Positions 47,241 through 61,531 are shown, counted from the stretch's first letter. The stretch: DNA of 64,000 nt from Octopus sinensis (GCF_006345805.1 NC_042999.1:68386001-68450000), one strand, 5' to 3'. Program-made: numbers and translations. Notes: generated by a model not told the origin, from the sequence alone.

Positions 47241-47281
47241 CCTATCTATCTATCGCATATATTGTATCTATCTATCATTAC
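46276..47281. repeat. Inverted duplication of low-complexity DNA (arms about 46276-46533 and 47004-47281)
   Basis: Identical peptide MCVCMNLSNICIYLSYVCMYPSISYCIYLS appears on opposite strands in the ORF track; the arms align by eye. Confidence 0.85.
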
Positions 47282-48179
47282 ATTTCTAAAATATAGTCTA
47301 TTTTGTCTCTTCCTTCCAATAAATCTTTCTTTTCTTGCTGTCGTTCATACGCTTCAGCATCAACTAATTCCAGTTCGCCTCCTCTCTCTCTTCACCACCA
47401 CTATCATAATCAACCCTATACAAGCAATGTCAGCCTCACCCTCAACAACACCAAAAGAAATACAAAATAAAAGAAAAATTCAGAAAAAATACAAAGAAGC
47501 TTAAGGACTATGATATAATAAGTCATTCAATTTTTTTTTCTTTTCGTCAACCAACAGATTTTTCTTAATATTTTTCTTTTTTACATTGCAATTCTTTTAT
47601 TTATTATTTTCACGTATTTATACTCATTTTTCAGTCCTTTCACTGATTATTTTGAAAAATATCTCAATTTTCCTTCCTTCCTCCAAACTTATAACATTCT
47701 GTAGGATAATTTTCAAACTTTTCAACCATTTTGAATCTCTGCTGTAATCCATCAACGAAAATAAATCAGATTCTTCTCCGAAAATGCCCTTTCTTCTCTG
47801 TTCCATATTTTTCAATATTTTTTTTTATTTTCATTATTTTTTTTTACAATACAGAAATTCAAGTACCCAGCTTTCTTTCACTGAACAGCGTGCATAACCC
47901 TTCCACAAAGATACAATTATGTGTCTCTCTCTTTACACACACATTATTATTATTATTATTATTTCTAAATTTCTCTAAAAGGAGACTACGGCAGCAGTAA
48001 TGGGTATTAATAGCTATCGCCAAGCTAACATGGCAGTCCAGAAATATAGGACAAATGCTACCGTTGATTAGCTACGAAAGGCTATCGCCTCTAGTTCAAC
48101 ATCCACAGATCGGTTTCGGTGTGTGTGTGTATATATATATATAGTTGGAATAAAACACACACACACACACACACACAAA

Positions 48180-48430
48180 ACAAAAACAAAACAAAAGACG
48201 AAGACGGGTATGTGAACAACAAACAGATGTATTAGTCTAACGCTCGGGAAGTGAGAGAGTCTTTTACGTTTCGAGCCTACGCTCTTCAACAGAAAGGAAC
48301 ACAGAAATAAGCAGAGAGAGAAAGGTTTAGTGGCCAGTGATCAATCATGGCGAATACCGGACAGAGGTGGTCAGACAGGAGAGCTAGGAAGAAGGGGAGA
48401 TGAAAAAGTAGAGATGATCTCAAAACGAAG
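48180..48430 (-). mobile_element. Penelope-type repeat family 5 (hammerhead 48261-48296)
   Basis: CTTT-CTGTTGA-A-GAGC GTAG GCTC-GAAA-CGT-A-AAAG. Confidence 0.7.
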
Positions 48431-48655
48431 GTGCGCGTGTGTGTATATATGTGAGAGCGTGCATGCGCATGTGGATAGGGGCTGGTGACCTTGACGTGTG
48501 CGTGCGTGCATGTGTAGGTGTGTGGATTAACATCAATTCTTCATATCAAACTTATGAAGTCTACACAGCCATTTGAATGTCTCAATATCAACTTCAAAGC
48601 TGCTCACCCACAATAACTCACCTCACAATTTGTTTGTATTTATAGGTGAATACGT

Positions 48656-48953
48656 GGAGGCACATGGCTTAGTGGTTAGAGCAGCGGACTCGCGGTCGAA
48701 GGATCGCGGGTTCGAATCTTAGACCGGTCGATGTGTGTGTGTTTATGAGCGAAACACCTAAGCTCCACGCGGCTCCGGCAGAAGGTTATGGCGAACCTTT
48801 TCTGACACTTTCGCCACAACTTTCTTTCACTCTTTTCTCCTGCATCTTGCAGCTCACCCGCGACGGACCGGCGTTCCGCCCAGGTGGGGAACCTATACGC
48901 CAAGGAAACCGGTCCTAATGAGCCAGGCGTGGCTCGAGAAGGAACAAACAACA
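48656..48953 (+). mobile_element. SINE S4: tRNA head, GC-rich body, (ACA)n tail
   Basis: TGGCTTAGTGG A box, GGTTCGAATC B box; ATAGGTGA(A/C)TAC duplicated on both flanks. Confidence 0.8.
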
Positions 48954-49419
48954 ATAGGTGACTACACGAAGTTTCTCCCCTTTGTATTTGTATAATCACA
49001 TACGGCAGCTCATTCTGTAATTCTCTGCCATCAAAATATATTTTTCGTGTTTGGTGCTTCCAACTTCACTCCACACAGATTCCAACCTAACACTTAAAAA
49101 AAAACTATTGATCCTGTATAAGGCAAGGAACGTGCAGAGTCGTATCGCTGGGCAAATTGCTTACCTGCAAGTCGTCCGATTTTACGTTCTGAGTTCAAAT
49201 GCCGCCGGTGTTGACTTAGATTTTTATCCTTCCAGGGTCGATAAAATTAGTAGTACCAGTGGAGCACTGGGGTCGATGTAATCGTCTTACCCTCTCCCTC
49301 GAAATTACTGGCCTTCTGCCAAAACATGAAACTAACGTTGATCCTATATTATGTATATAAATTAAATATCACATGTATTATATTTATACACATAATACAT
49401 ATTATATAATGCATATATA

Positions 49420-50643
49420 CTGGGTTGTTTGACAAGCTAGTTCGTTTCTTTCCAATATTATTTGAATTAAAATGAAGGATATTTTTATCGTAGTAATTTA
49501 TGATTCGTTTTGTAGCTCTTCTCTTCTAGACTTTCGTTTATCGTTTTCAGTCATATGACGTTGGAGTCCCAGGAAGAAAAACAAATGAACGTTTTCGACT
49601 CTTGCTTCTCTTCGCTTTTAGTCACTGTTCCAAAGCTTCCAAATTCGCTCGAGACATTTGTGCTGTGTACGGATAAGGTACTATGACTGAAAGAACTGCA
49701 CAGAAATGGTTTTCACGCTTCTAGGAAGAGAAATTCGACCTTACAGACTTACCACGTTCCGGTTGATCTGTTTAGTTCAATGAGGATCGATTGAACCAGC
49801 TCATCAACGAGGATTCATGCGAATCTACAGAAGCTTTGATCCAGCAGACAGGATGTTGTTATTGTGTTGTCGCCTTTCACTTTCACTCGAAGGCTAAAGT
49901 CTGAAAATTCGGTGCATGGGGGTTACACACTTTGATCGAAAAAGACTAACTCCAGCGCTCCTCTATCGTTGGTAGTTTGTTCGCTCGAGACCAGACTACT
50001 TGTGGACACAAAAAATTTCTTTACGATATCGTCACAGGTGATAAAAACTGGGGTTTTTACGTCAATATGAATCAGAGGAAAGAATGGCCGAATCCCAACA
50101 AGCAAACAACACCATGAGCCAAGCCAGAGCTGCGTCGACGCAAGACAATGACCTGTGTTTGGTGGAATTAGGAAGAGCCAATCTACTACGAAATGATTGA
50201 ACACAACCATACGGTCAACGCTGATGTACCGATACAACGAAGCAATCGACCCGACTGGCGACATGGTGTATTTCCTCAACACGACAACGCTCGCTCCAAC
50301 TTCACTAATTTGACCAAAAATGTGATTCAGGAGATTGGTTGAGAAGTTCTGCGGCATCCACTGTATCCTCTAGATTTAGTACCCTCAGATTATCCCTTTT
50401 CCGGTCGCTCTCCAACGGCATGCGAGTAGTTTTTTTTTTCAAGAACGACGTGGCACTGAAAACGTGGTACGATGAATTCATCCAGTCGAGAGCCGGGGAT
50501 TTCTACCATCAAAGCACTTACAAGCTAATGAAACGTTGGCAAGAGGCTGAGGACAACGAAGGAAAATATATTATTGACCGATTTGGAAAAATTATGATTA
50601 AAATAAATGAAAAAAAAGACGAAGGAATTTATCTCACTGCCCG
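49420..50643 (+). pseudogene. Decayed full-length mariner (DD34D, Hsmar1/SETMAR-like) transposase
   Basis: FARDICAVYG, WFSRF, DLPRSG, IVTGDKNW, QHDNAR, HPLYPLDLVPSDY, KLMKRWQ..NEGKYIID; many stops; TA|CTGGGTTG left end. Confidence 0.85.
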
Positions 50644-50768
50644 TTGCTTACCAACCACATGGTTCCGGTTTCAGTTCCACTGCGTAGCACCTTGGGCAAG
50701 TGTCTTCTACTACAGTATCGGGCCGACCAAAGCCTTGTGAGTGGATTTGGTAGACGGAAACTGAATTA

Positions 50769-50804
<36 letters not shown>

Positions 50805-50990
50805 TGTCCCCCCAACATCGCTTGACAACCGATGCTCGTGTGTTTGCGTCCCCGTAACTTGGCGGTTCGGCAAAAGACAACGATAGAATAAGTACTAGGC
50901 TTACAAAGAATAAGTCTTGGGGTCGATTTTCTCGACTAAAGGCGGTGCTTCAGCATGGCTGCGGTCAAATGACTGAAACAAGTAAAAGAG
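50644..50990 (+). mobile_element. SINE S1, 5'-truncated
   Basis: S1 motifs directly after the mariner right end. Confidence 0.8.
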
Positions 50991-52379
50991 TATGATTTAT
51001 GTTTTGTGTATAGATTGGTGCTGGTGTGGTTGTGAGGGTTAAGAAGTTCGCTTTGCAACGAGCGGTTTCGAGTTCAGTTCCACTGCACGGCACATTGAAC
51101 AATTATCTTCTATTATAGCCTTGTGAATGAATTTGGTCGACGGAAAATGCGTGAAAGCTCGTTGTGTGTGAGTGTGTGTGTGTTTGTACCCCTACCCAGT
51201 ACTTGACAACCGGTGTTGTTTTGATTACGTCCCTGTAACTTAACGCTTCTATAGAGCAAGTAAAAGGTGTGTGTGTGTGTGTGTGTATGTGTGAGTGTTT
51301 GTCCCTCTACCCAGCGCTTGAAACCGGTGTTGTTTTGATAACGTTCCTATAACTTAGCGATTCTATAGAACAAGAACTAAACTGAAACAAGTAAAAGATG
51401 TGTGTGTGTGTGTGTGTCGTGTATGTATATATATATAGGTGCCATCTATATTATACGTATCATGTATATGTTACACTATATATTACATAAAATTGCGTAA
51501 CATCAAGTACCATAAGGCACCTGAGACTGTATCAAATTGAGTTTAGTCTGTATTTGAACCCCGAGCAGAAAAGTACTTTATTCCACTTCACACGTATGTA
51601 TTTCGAATCTACATATGAACAGATAACTTTCTCATTCTCTCCTCCTTTCTCATTTACATGCATGCAGAGAAATTTATATAACTAGATTTTTTCATTCCCT
51701 CCTCACCCACGAGCATTCACACATACACACACACACACTGATATATAGACGTATACATGCACAGAGTAGAGTTTGCAAATGTGTGTATGTTTACAAATGT
51801 TTACACACACACACACACACACATATATATGTATATTCTTATAGAAGTATTCACACGCACCACACATACACGTTTATGCACATATACATATATGCATATT
51901 TCCGTATCTCTTCAAGCGTTAAGTTCTATTTGGTGATGTAACTACAAGCAGAAGTAGCTGGGGTGTTGTTGAAATATATCGCTAAACATAACTAATGCTG
52001 CCAATAAGATAACATGTTTCTACAGCCTTAAAATAGGAAATTTAACGTATTTAGTCTATCTCTCTTCAGTTTGCAATTTCCGATTGTCACAAATAGATAA
52101 ATGCATTTATGCATTTAATTTTCGCTCTGCACTTAAGTCCGATTGAGAGATAGATAGATAGGTAGATCAACTGAAAACCTATCTATCTATCTGTCTATCT
52201 ATCTATATCTGTCTATGTATCTATCTATCTATCTCTGTCTATGTATCTATCTATCTATCTATATCTGTCTATGTATCTATCTATCTATCTAGCTAGCTAG
52301 CTAGCTATCGATAAATTGTTATTCAGTTTTATCATACATAAAACGTACATGATACACACATAGATACTTACATATTTAC

Positions 52380-52436
<57 letters not shown>

Positions 52437-52630
52437 ATGTGTGTGTATGGAGGGAGAGAGAGAGGAGACGAGGAGTGTGTATATACATACATACATACAT
52501 ACATACTGGATATATATATATATATTACATATGTGTGTGTGTGTATGGGGAGAGAGAGAGAGAGAGAGGAGACCAGGAATGAGTATATACATACATACAT
52601 ACATACATACATACATACATACACCAACAC

Positions 52631-52677
<47 letters not shown>

Positions 52678-52979
52678 AGTTGCATACAAAGCTATACATG
52701 TATTTTTTTACACACCACACACCTGACATGTTGAATGAAATTTAATCGAAATAAGCTACATTATTAACTCTTGAAATATATGTATGAAAATAATGTTATA
52801 ATATAGATAAGCAGTGAAATAACTTCGAGAACAGATCAAAACAGAACACAACAAACAACGGCGACTGCAACGGCAAAACGCATCCAAAACAACAAAGATG
52901 GCGACGACGACCAGGAAAGTAACAAGGAACGGGGAAAAAAACAAAAACAAAAAGAAATAATAACTCAATAAGTTTCAAA

Positions 52980-53510
52980 AGAACAACAAAACAACTACTT
53001 CTATCGTCATCTCTACCACCACTACTACTACTACCATTAGCACCACCACAACTACTACCACCATTACCACTACCACTACTACTACGTTTACCACCACCAC
53101 AACCATTACCACTACTACGACGACCACCACCAATATTACTACTACTACCACCACCACCAATACTACTACCACTACTGCTACTACCACCGCTACTACCTTC
53201 ATCACTACTACTGCTACAACAGCAACCACAACTGCTACTACAAGATCACCACCACTAGTATTATCCTTATTGCGACAACTTCAACCACTATCCCATCCCA
53301 GCCCGACACCAGCAACATGGAAACCATCTCCACAACTGAAACCACTTTCGCTACCACAATCACCACCACCCCTACTACAATAACAACCATCACTGCGATC
53401 ACCACCTCCACCACAACGACTATCACTGCAACCACAATTCCAACCACCGCCACCATTCCGATCATCATCCCTACCACGACCATCACACCGACTACTACGA
53501 CTATTGGTTG
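52980..53510. repeat. Mosaic (ACC/ACT/ACA)n trinucleotide tract
   Basis: Direct reading of the sequence. Confidence 0.9.
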
Positions 53511-53649
53511 ACATCAACAACGCCCGCAATAACAGGAACCATTTTGTGGTCGCTGGACTTGCAAGGAATCAAAATCGCATCTCCCTCAAATCTTGATTTG
53601 TTGCCTTGGTAACCGATTTTCTTGCTGTGTAATATGGTTAGTAAGGAAA

Positions 53650-54505
53650 GAACATATTAAATAATGTGCATATGGCTTCACTCGCCTTCAAAGTATTCTC
53701 TGTTTCAAGCAATGCATCGGTCTAGATGCATTTTCCACTGTTCAAAGTAGTACTTGAACTCTTGCGAAGCCTTTTAACGCTGCCGTGGTTTTTTCTTCAC
53801 CTCTTCCACATCTGCAAATTCCGTAGCACCAGCTTTCGTCACCAGTGGTGATCTTCGGAAAAAAGTTCGGATCAACTTCCAACTGTTCTTTCAGTTCACG
53901 ATACGCATTCAGTCGTGACTGCTTTTGATCTTCCGTGATCAAGCGAGGCACAAATTTTGCCGCAATTCTTTTCATTGGCAGTTCCTCGCCTAAAATTCGT
54001 TGGCAGTATCTCCAGGACACACCAGTCATATCAACAAATTCGTCTATTGCTCAGTGACGGTCGTCCAAGATCAGTTCGTGAATTTTCGTGATGCTTTCGT
54101 TCGTTCGGGAGGTCGACGGTCGTCTTGAACTGGGTTGGTCTTCAAGTGACAAGTGACCATTCCTAAAGCATGAAAACCACTCGTAAACTTGTATTTTGCT
54201 CATGGCAGCGTCCTTGTAAGCTGTTTGAAGCATGACAACTTTTTCGGCCGCCATTTTCCGCAGCAGAAAACAGAACTTCATGGAGGTACGTTGTTCCTTC
54301 GTTTCAGCCATCGTAAAAATCGACGAACAGAGAAGCACTGCAAAGCAAAGGCGCACCACGTGGGAGTTCGATACCTCCAGACGACGCCGGTCGGCAGACT
54401 AATGTCTGAGGGTGGCCCCAAGTGGGTTCTAGAGGTGGAAGCCTGAACTATAACGAGTTTGTCCCACAGGGAAAGTTTCCGGTTACTTTTGGGTACCCTG
54501 TGTCG
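53650..54505 (-). pseudogene. Internally deleted mariner
   Basis: MAETKEQRTSMKFCFLL..QVYEWFSCFRNG..RPSTS; IAAKFVPRL; TGDESWCYG, then a jump to C-terminal ADVEEVKKK..EQWKMHLDRCIA. Confidence 0.85.
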
Positions 54506-54946
54506 TAAAGGAAACAAGGACAGTGTGATCACGGTTGGAATGCCTCTGATCAACAGGATTTAGGTTGACTTGGGAGCCAAACAGCAACTGCGATGACACG
54601 TCATAGAACGTGTCAAATGAACACATCAACAAGTAGAGACTTAAAAATGGAACACTTGAAAACTCGTAGAACGATGATTTTTGAGGCAGTCTATCTATCT
54701 ATCCATCCATCCACCTACCCATCCATCTACCCACCCATCCATCTGTCTACCTACCTACCTACCTACCTACGCATGAACGTATGCACATCTGTACAAGCAG
54801 TATATACACACAGTAGCCGCTTCTTTTCGCTTTTCTTGTTTCAGTCATAGGACTCCTGCCAAATAAGGACGAATCCAGGTAAAAAAAAAGTCACAGGAGT
54901 TTTGTCTGGGAAGGGGGGTGGGGGTCCGGATCCCATAAATTATAAC

Positions 54947-55600
54947 TTTTTTTCCTAGCCAAAATTGTGACTTTATTACTGTGCCGTGTTTTTTCCTAGC
55001 CAAAATTGTGACTTTATTACTGTGCCGTGTTTTTTCCTAGCCAAAATTGTGACTTTATTACTGTGACGTTTTTTTCCTAGCCAAAATTGTGACTTTATTA
55101 CTGTGCCGTGTTTTTTCCTAGCCAAAATTGTGACTTTATTACTGTGCCGCGTTTTTTCCTAGCCAAAATTGTGACTTTATTACTGTGCCGTGTTTTTTCC
55201 TAGCCAAAATTGTGACTTTATTAGTGTGCCGTGTTTTTTCCTAGCCAAAATTGTGACTTTATTACTGTGCCGTGTTTTTTCCTAGCCAAAATTGTGACTT
55301 TATTACTGTGACGTTTTTTTTCCTAGCCAAAATTGTGACTTTATTACTGTGCCGTGTTTTTTCCTAGCCAAAATTGTGACTTTATTACTGTGACGTTTTT
55401 TTTCCTAGCCAAAATTGTGACTATTACTGTGCCGTGTTTTTTCCTAGCCAAAATGCGACTTTATTACTGTGCCGTGTTTTTTCCTAGCCAAAATTGTGAC
55501 TTTATTACTGTGCCGTGTTTTTTCCTAGCCAAAATGCGACTTTATTACTGTGCCGTGTTTTTTCCTAGCCAAAATTGTGACTTTATTATTGTGACGTTTT
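54947..55600. repeat. 41-bp minisatellite, about 16 copies
   Basis: TTTTTTCCTAGCCAAAATTGTGACTTTATTACTGTGCCGTG; period confirmed 54961 to 55002. Confidence 0.95.
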
Positions 55601-55961
55601 TCTCTTGTGACTTTATTGCCGGTCGCCATCAAGGCACCACAATGAAGATTGTAATCGAACAAATCGAGAGCAGTACGAATCTGTTATCCATCATTTTTTT
55701 GCGTTTGGCACTTACCCTACCTGTCTGTTCTTTTCTCTTTTTCTTTTAATGAAAGAATAAGTTACAGGAATGTAAACAAACCAACACCAGTTCTCAAGTC
55801 AGGTGGTGGTGCAGGAGGAGAACACTCCCTCCCCTACACATACACAATGGCCTTTTACACAGTTTCCGTGAAGCAAATTCACTCGCAAAGTATTGGTTGG
55901 CTATATAGTACAAGACATTTGCTCGAGTTTCTTAACCACCAAGCCAAGCCTGTGCGTAAGT

Positions 55962-55993
<32 letters not shown>

Positions 55994-56100
55994 TTACATT
56001 ATCAACCACCACCACAACCACTGCTACTACCACCACCAATACTACTGCTACCACCACCACCACTACTACCATCATCACTACTACAACTACGAGATCACCA

Positions 56101-56153
<53 letters not shown>

Positions 56154-56689
56154 TAGAGAGAGAGAGGGAGGGAGAGAGAGAGAAAGCGAGAGAGTGCTTG
56201 TGTCTGCATGAATGTGTGAGTGTGTGGGCAGATATGTGTTTGTGTGTATGTGCATCTGTGACCATGTAAAAAGTATGTAAATATTTTGTAGGCTTTTGTG
56301 CGTATATCTAACTATATACATACATACATAGGGAACTATATGCGCGCGCATTCTGCAGTCGGGGAGATAATAAGCTACAAAAATAAAATAATAAAATACA
56401 AACAGTAACAACAAAACAAATAAAAACAATGACAAAAACTTTCAAGTTATTGAAAAGGAAACTATTTTTCTTCGGTATTAGTTGTGAATATTAACTGAAA
56501 TTTATTCGCCGTTTGACCTTTTTTTAACAGCTTTAATTTCCTCTAAAAAACGACAGCAATAACAACAGCAATTACAACGTACGGACGCTCCCACACACGC
56601 ACGCACATCTATGCGTATGAATTTGCATATTTACAACTCGTATGCATATGGATAAGGCCCTACTTTCAAAGACAACCGCATTAGTGCCT

Positions 56690-57150
<461 letters not shown>

Positions 57151-58691
57151 ATATAATCACAAATTTCTATTACTAACCCAAGACACGTTGAAAGAATGAC
57201 AGAATTTAGACGAAAATCATTCTCAACTTGTTTCAAAATATTTCTGAGGTAAAAAATAGTTTTCATCTCTCTCTCTCTCACACACACATATATATATATC
57301 TTAAGAATATATATATTATACATATATCATATACTTAGTGTATACATACACACAGACACATATGTAGATGATAAATTATATACATATATGTTTATGCGTG
57401 CGAGTGTGAAGGTGTGTGGCCTAGTTGGTTAGGGAGTTGGGCTCACGATCATAAGGTCTTCCCGTCGTTGTTTCCTTTTTCTTTCTTATCCCTCTCTCCT
57501 TCCTCTCTTTCGTGTATACTCTTGTCAGTTTTCACTGTATCTCATTTACCACAGCTATACTCTTCATCCACCCTCTCCTCCTTGAAGCTACTTTTTATTT
57601 TCTATCTTCCCGCTCTACTATTACACTTAAACATGACAGAATATCTATCTATCTATCTATCTATTTGCTTGCCTGCCTGCCCTGCCTGGACACCCAATTT
57701 TAAATATTTCAACTGACGATCAAAATTAATGATTCAGTGTTATATGTTGACAAAAATTCAAATCATCCGCAATGCATGCTTAGAAATTTATCAAATTGCC
57801 CCAACAAGCAAAATATCAACCATCTCGTATAATGAAATATCATTCAATACGGTAGCAGGAATGTATAGCGATGCACCGACATTCGGTGGTTTCAAAGAAA
57901 ACATTAAATAAATATGAACGTAAACAACGTAATAGATGGGATTGAAGTAAAAAAAAAAAAAAGAGCCACGTTGTATAATCTTCCCTTTTCTAGAAATGTA
58001 ATAACACTGATGGGAAAACATTTTTCCTGTAAGCGTATAGACTTTTCCTCCTAGACACAAGTGCTGGGAAAATTTTTAATAAGCTACTCTACATTTACGA
58101 ACTTCACCAATATTGTAAAATTCATGAATTATAATAAAAATATAACCAAACATTTAAATTTATCAGAGCACGGCTAACAGAACATTAGAATGCAATTTTC
58201 TTCTCAAATTGTATGCGCAATCAATGGAAAGTATCTGGAAGAATCTGTCATATTTAAAGCCAGCATCAAATGAGCTTTTAACGGAAATGGCTTTGATTAT
58301 ATTTGTTTGATCGCAAACCAACTTAAAGACTGGCTTCGTCAGAAGAACATGCCAAGGAGGAACAGACAAATGGACACAAACCACGAAACACATATATGGT
58401 TCTATTTAAATATAATCTATCGCTTGTTAATAAGTTCTAACATTTAGATACATCTCTACGTAAAGGCAATAAAATGATTTTTCTTTAGTTTTTGCACCGT
58501 GGAAAAACCATTGATCTTGAAAAAGTATACAAAAATTTTAAATTATATAATTTTTCATGCTTTTGAGGTCCTATAGACTTTATCCATCTTCTTTTAGATT
58601 GGTAGCTTTTTGTCCTATTGCGCCGTTACAACCACTTGTGCTATGAGTATTCCTTCAGACCCACACTATAAAACTACAGCATGGATTAGAT

Positions 58692-59587
58692 CAGGGGTCG
58701 CCAAAGGAGGTCCGAGGGACCCCATAGGGGTCGGGGAGGAATTGAAGAGGGTCGATGATAGCCAAGGAGTCGAATGGGGCTGGTGTATGAAAGACCAGCT
58801 CACCCAGATGAACTGCTTGCAATACTTAGTCAGCGCCATGCCCTTCCCCCCACATTGATGCTGTAAATTTCAGTAAAAGATATTCCATATTTCGTCTGTC
58901 TCTATGCTCTGAGTTAAAATTCCACCGAGGTTGACTTTGCCTTTCATCCTTTCGGGGTCGATAAATAGTACCAGTTGAGTATTGGGGTCGATCTAATCGA
59001 CTTAATCCGTTTGTCTGTCCTTGTTTGTCCCCTCTGTGTTTAGCCCCTTGTGGGTAGTAAAGAAATCGATATTCCATATTTCGTCTGTCTTTACGTTCTG
59101 AGTTCAAATTCCGCCGAGATCGACTTTGCCTTTCATCCTTTCGGGGTCGATAAATTAAGTACCAGTTGAGTACTGGGGTCGATCTAATCGACTGGCCCCC
59201 TCCCCCCAAATTTCGGGCCTTGTACCTAAAGTAGAAAAGAATAAAAGATATTCCTGCAATATGATGCGTTTTTCACATTTTCTAACCGTGAAAACAATTT
59301 CATAAAAATTGAAAGTTTAAGACTGTATACTCGTACTCGTAGTTTTAAGTGTAAAAAGTGTGCCATCTTCAATAGAATTTCTTAATTTGTCGTACATGTA
59401 TATTTTAGCTGACATTTTAATGGCCAGCATCAGTACCCGGTACATATTTAAGATATGGTACGGGTGGGTAGAGTATTAAGATATCTTAAATGAGGAGGGT
59501 GGTCGATGTGGAAGATGGCTAAAGGGGATCGATGTGGAAGGAGAGTGGAAAAGGGGGTCGATGGTCGAAAAAGTTTGGCGACCCCTG
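58692..59587. mobile_element. Non-autonomous hAT (Buster/Charlie-like) carrying two nested S2 SINEs (about 58885-59240)
   Basis: Perfect 14-bp TIR CAGGGGTCGCCAAA; perfect TSD GATTAGAT (58684-58691, 59588-59595) with central TA. Confidence 0.9.
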
Positions 59588-60134
59588 GATTAGATTAAGG
59601 TATGAGCTTCACACTTTTCATGTTGTACCCTTACTATTTGCTTTCTGTCTCTCTAACAATGCTCACCCTTACGACATTTTATTTTAATCTTTTGCACTAA
59701 ACATCTACAGGCAGCTCAGGCACTACTCACCAAATTTGTAATGTACTGCTTCTATTAGCTGAAATCAACATCAAACTACCAAACACACACACACACACAC
59801 ACACGTTCATAAATACTCATACACAAGTACACATTAAAGCATACATCAAAGATGTTCCAATAGTGATCTTACCTTTTTTTCAGGCATAATGCATAAAGGA
59901 CTACATTAGCAATTACAAACGTTTCCTCTCTCTTTACGACAGTAGAGTACGATTTGAATGAATTTCATATCTATTTCTAGCATGTTGAGTGACTATATTA
60001 GATATTTCTCACGCTGATTCACTGTAGCACTCTGGATTACATATGTGATTTTCTTATTTGCAGCTTAACCTTTTCTGCAGGTTTGGCATGGAGAAGAATG
60101 GGGCCTAATAAAGTTGATAGTATCTAGATATATT

Positions 60135-60455
60135 AGGAGCATAGGAGCACTCCGTCGGTTACGACAACGAGGGTCCCAGCTGATAGGATCAACGGAACAG
60201 CTTGCTCGTGAAATTAACGTGCAAATGACTGAGCAATCCACAGACACGTCTACCCCTAACGTAGTTCCCAGGGAGATTCAGCGTGACACAGAGTGTGACA
60301 AATCCGGCTCTTTGAAATACAAGTACAACTCATTTTTGGACTGGAGCAACGTGAAATAAAGTCTCTTGCTCAAGGGCACAACGCGTAGCTGGGATTTGAA
60401 CTCACGACCTTACAATCGTGAGCCGAATGCCTTAACCACTAAGCCACGCGCCTTC
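60135..60455 (-). mobile_element. SINE with S3-type head and core but a different tail
   Basis: Reverse complement GGCGCGTGGCTTAGTGGTTAAGGC..GAGTTCAAATCCC..CTTGAGCAAG..TTTATTTCACGTTGCTCCAG; tail unrelated to 41750-41930. Confidence 0.75.
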
Positions 60456-60549
60456 ACATTAGTATACAATGGTGAAGTCTCCAGTAGTGACTCAACAAAG
60501 ACGTGAATTATAGAAAGAAAGAAAACATCAAATGTAAAACAATTATAAT

Positions 60550-60800
60550 GTAACAGCTGCGATACTATGGATATGTTGTTAGAATTCGACAGGGAAAGAC
60601 AGACATATTCCTCAAGCCGAGTCGACCTAGAGGTAGATCACGTGCGAGTTGGTTGGATAATCTCCATGGGTTACACTTGGTAATCCTGTAAGATTGTTTA
60701 ATGACAGTTGTTTCTTATAAGATCCTATGGAGGAAGTAGCTGAGAAGTTTACATTCACGACCCTCCTAGGAATTGAGAGTGGCGAAAATGGATGGATAGA
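60550..60800 (+). mobile_element. Decayed RTE (Expander/Rex3-like) 3' end
   Basis: QLRYYGYVVRI...RPRGRSRASWLDNL.. and an ATGGATGGAT tail. Confidence 0.55.
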
Positions 60801-61384
60801 AGAGTGATTTAGGCCATTTAAAGCACAACAGTATTGAATTCATTTATCATTTATTTCTTGGGGGGTGCCAAAATTTTTGTCACTCCAATGCAACCCGGTC
60901 ACTGAATGTGCAACAAAAATTTTGTCGTCTCAAAAATGAACTGAAAAATGAATTCAACGGTTTTGTGTTTAAAGATGGTTAAATTGGCCCTTTCTTAATA
61001 TAACTGCTTCAGTTTCAACACAACCTATATTCTAAAGCCAAAACGTGCACATGTGGCGCATTGATTCCTTGATTACAACTTCGGTAAGGTATGCAGGATA
61101 CTATGTTTAGCTGATGAGTGTCATAAGGTCTACACCTGCCCGGAGTTGTCTCCCATATTCTCCACCCTACCCAACTACCTTTCCTCGTAGCATAATTATT
61201 TTTAGTTAGCTTTTTAATGATACCTGCTATAAATAAATATATTAACATTGAGTAAACTATGAAAATATAGGGATCTCTGTAAGTTAATGCAGACCATACA
61301 ATCTGCACACTTGTAAGCCCGGGGAAGATATTTTAAAAAGAAGACTAGCAGTTGCCCATACATGTAAGTATCCTCTCTTCACGC

Positions 61385-61531
61385 TAGGGCTATCTTAAGT
61401 CATGGCACACTGGGCAGTTACCCAGGGTCTTCACGGGTTTAGAGGCCCGATTCTAATCTGTGTTTGTTGTGGTTTGTAGGGCCCAGTGCATTGATTTGTC
61501 GGGGACCTATAAAGCTATTAAGACGGTCCTG
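61385..61531. mobile_element. Old hAT-like MITE
   Basis: TAGGGCTATCTTAA / TTAAGACGGTCCTG ends; 8-bp flanks CTTCACGC / CTCCATGC (6 of 8 match). Confidence 0.5.

Noticed and set aside
52975-53529. Poly-Thr (mucin-like) and poly-Val ORFs
   Set aside because: ACN trinucleotide mosaic with interspersed stops and no signal peptide or splice structure.
58150-58390. SAP-like motif QLKDWLRQKNM on +
   Set aside because: Short, in a stop-interrupted frame, with no supporting domain or element ends.
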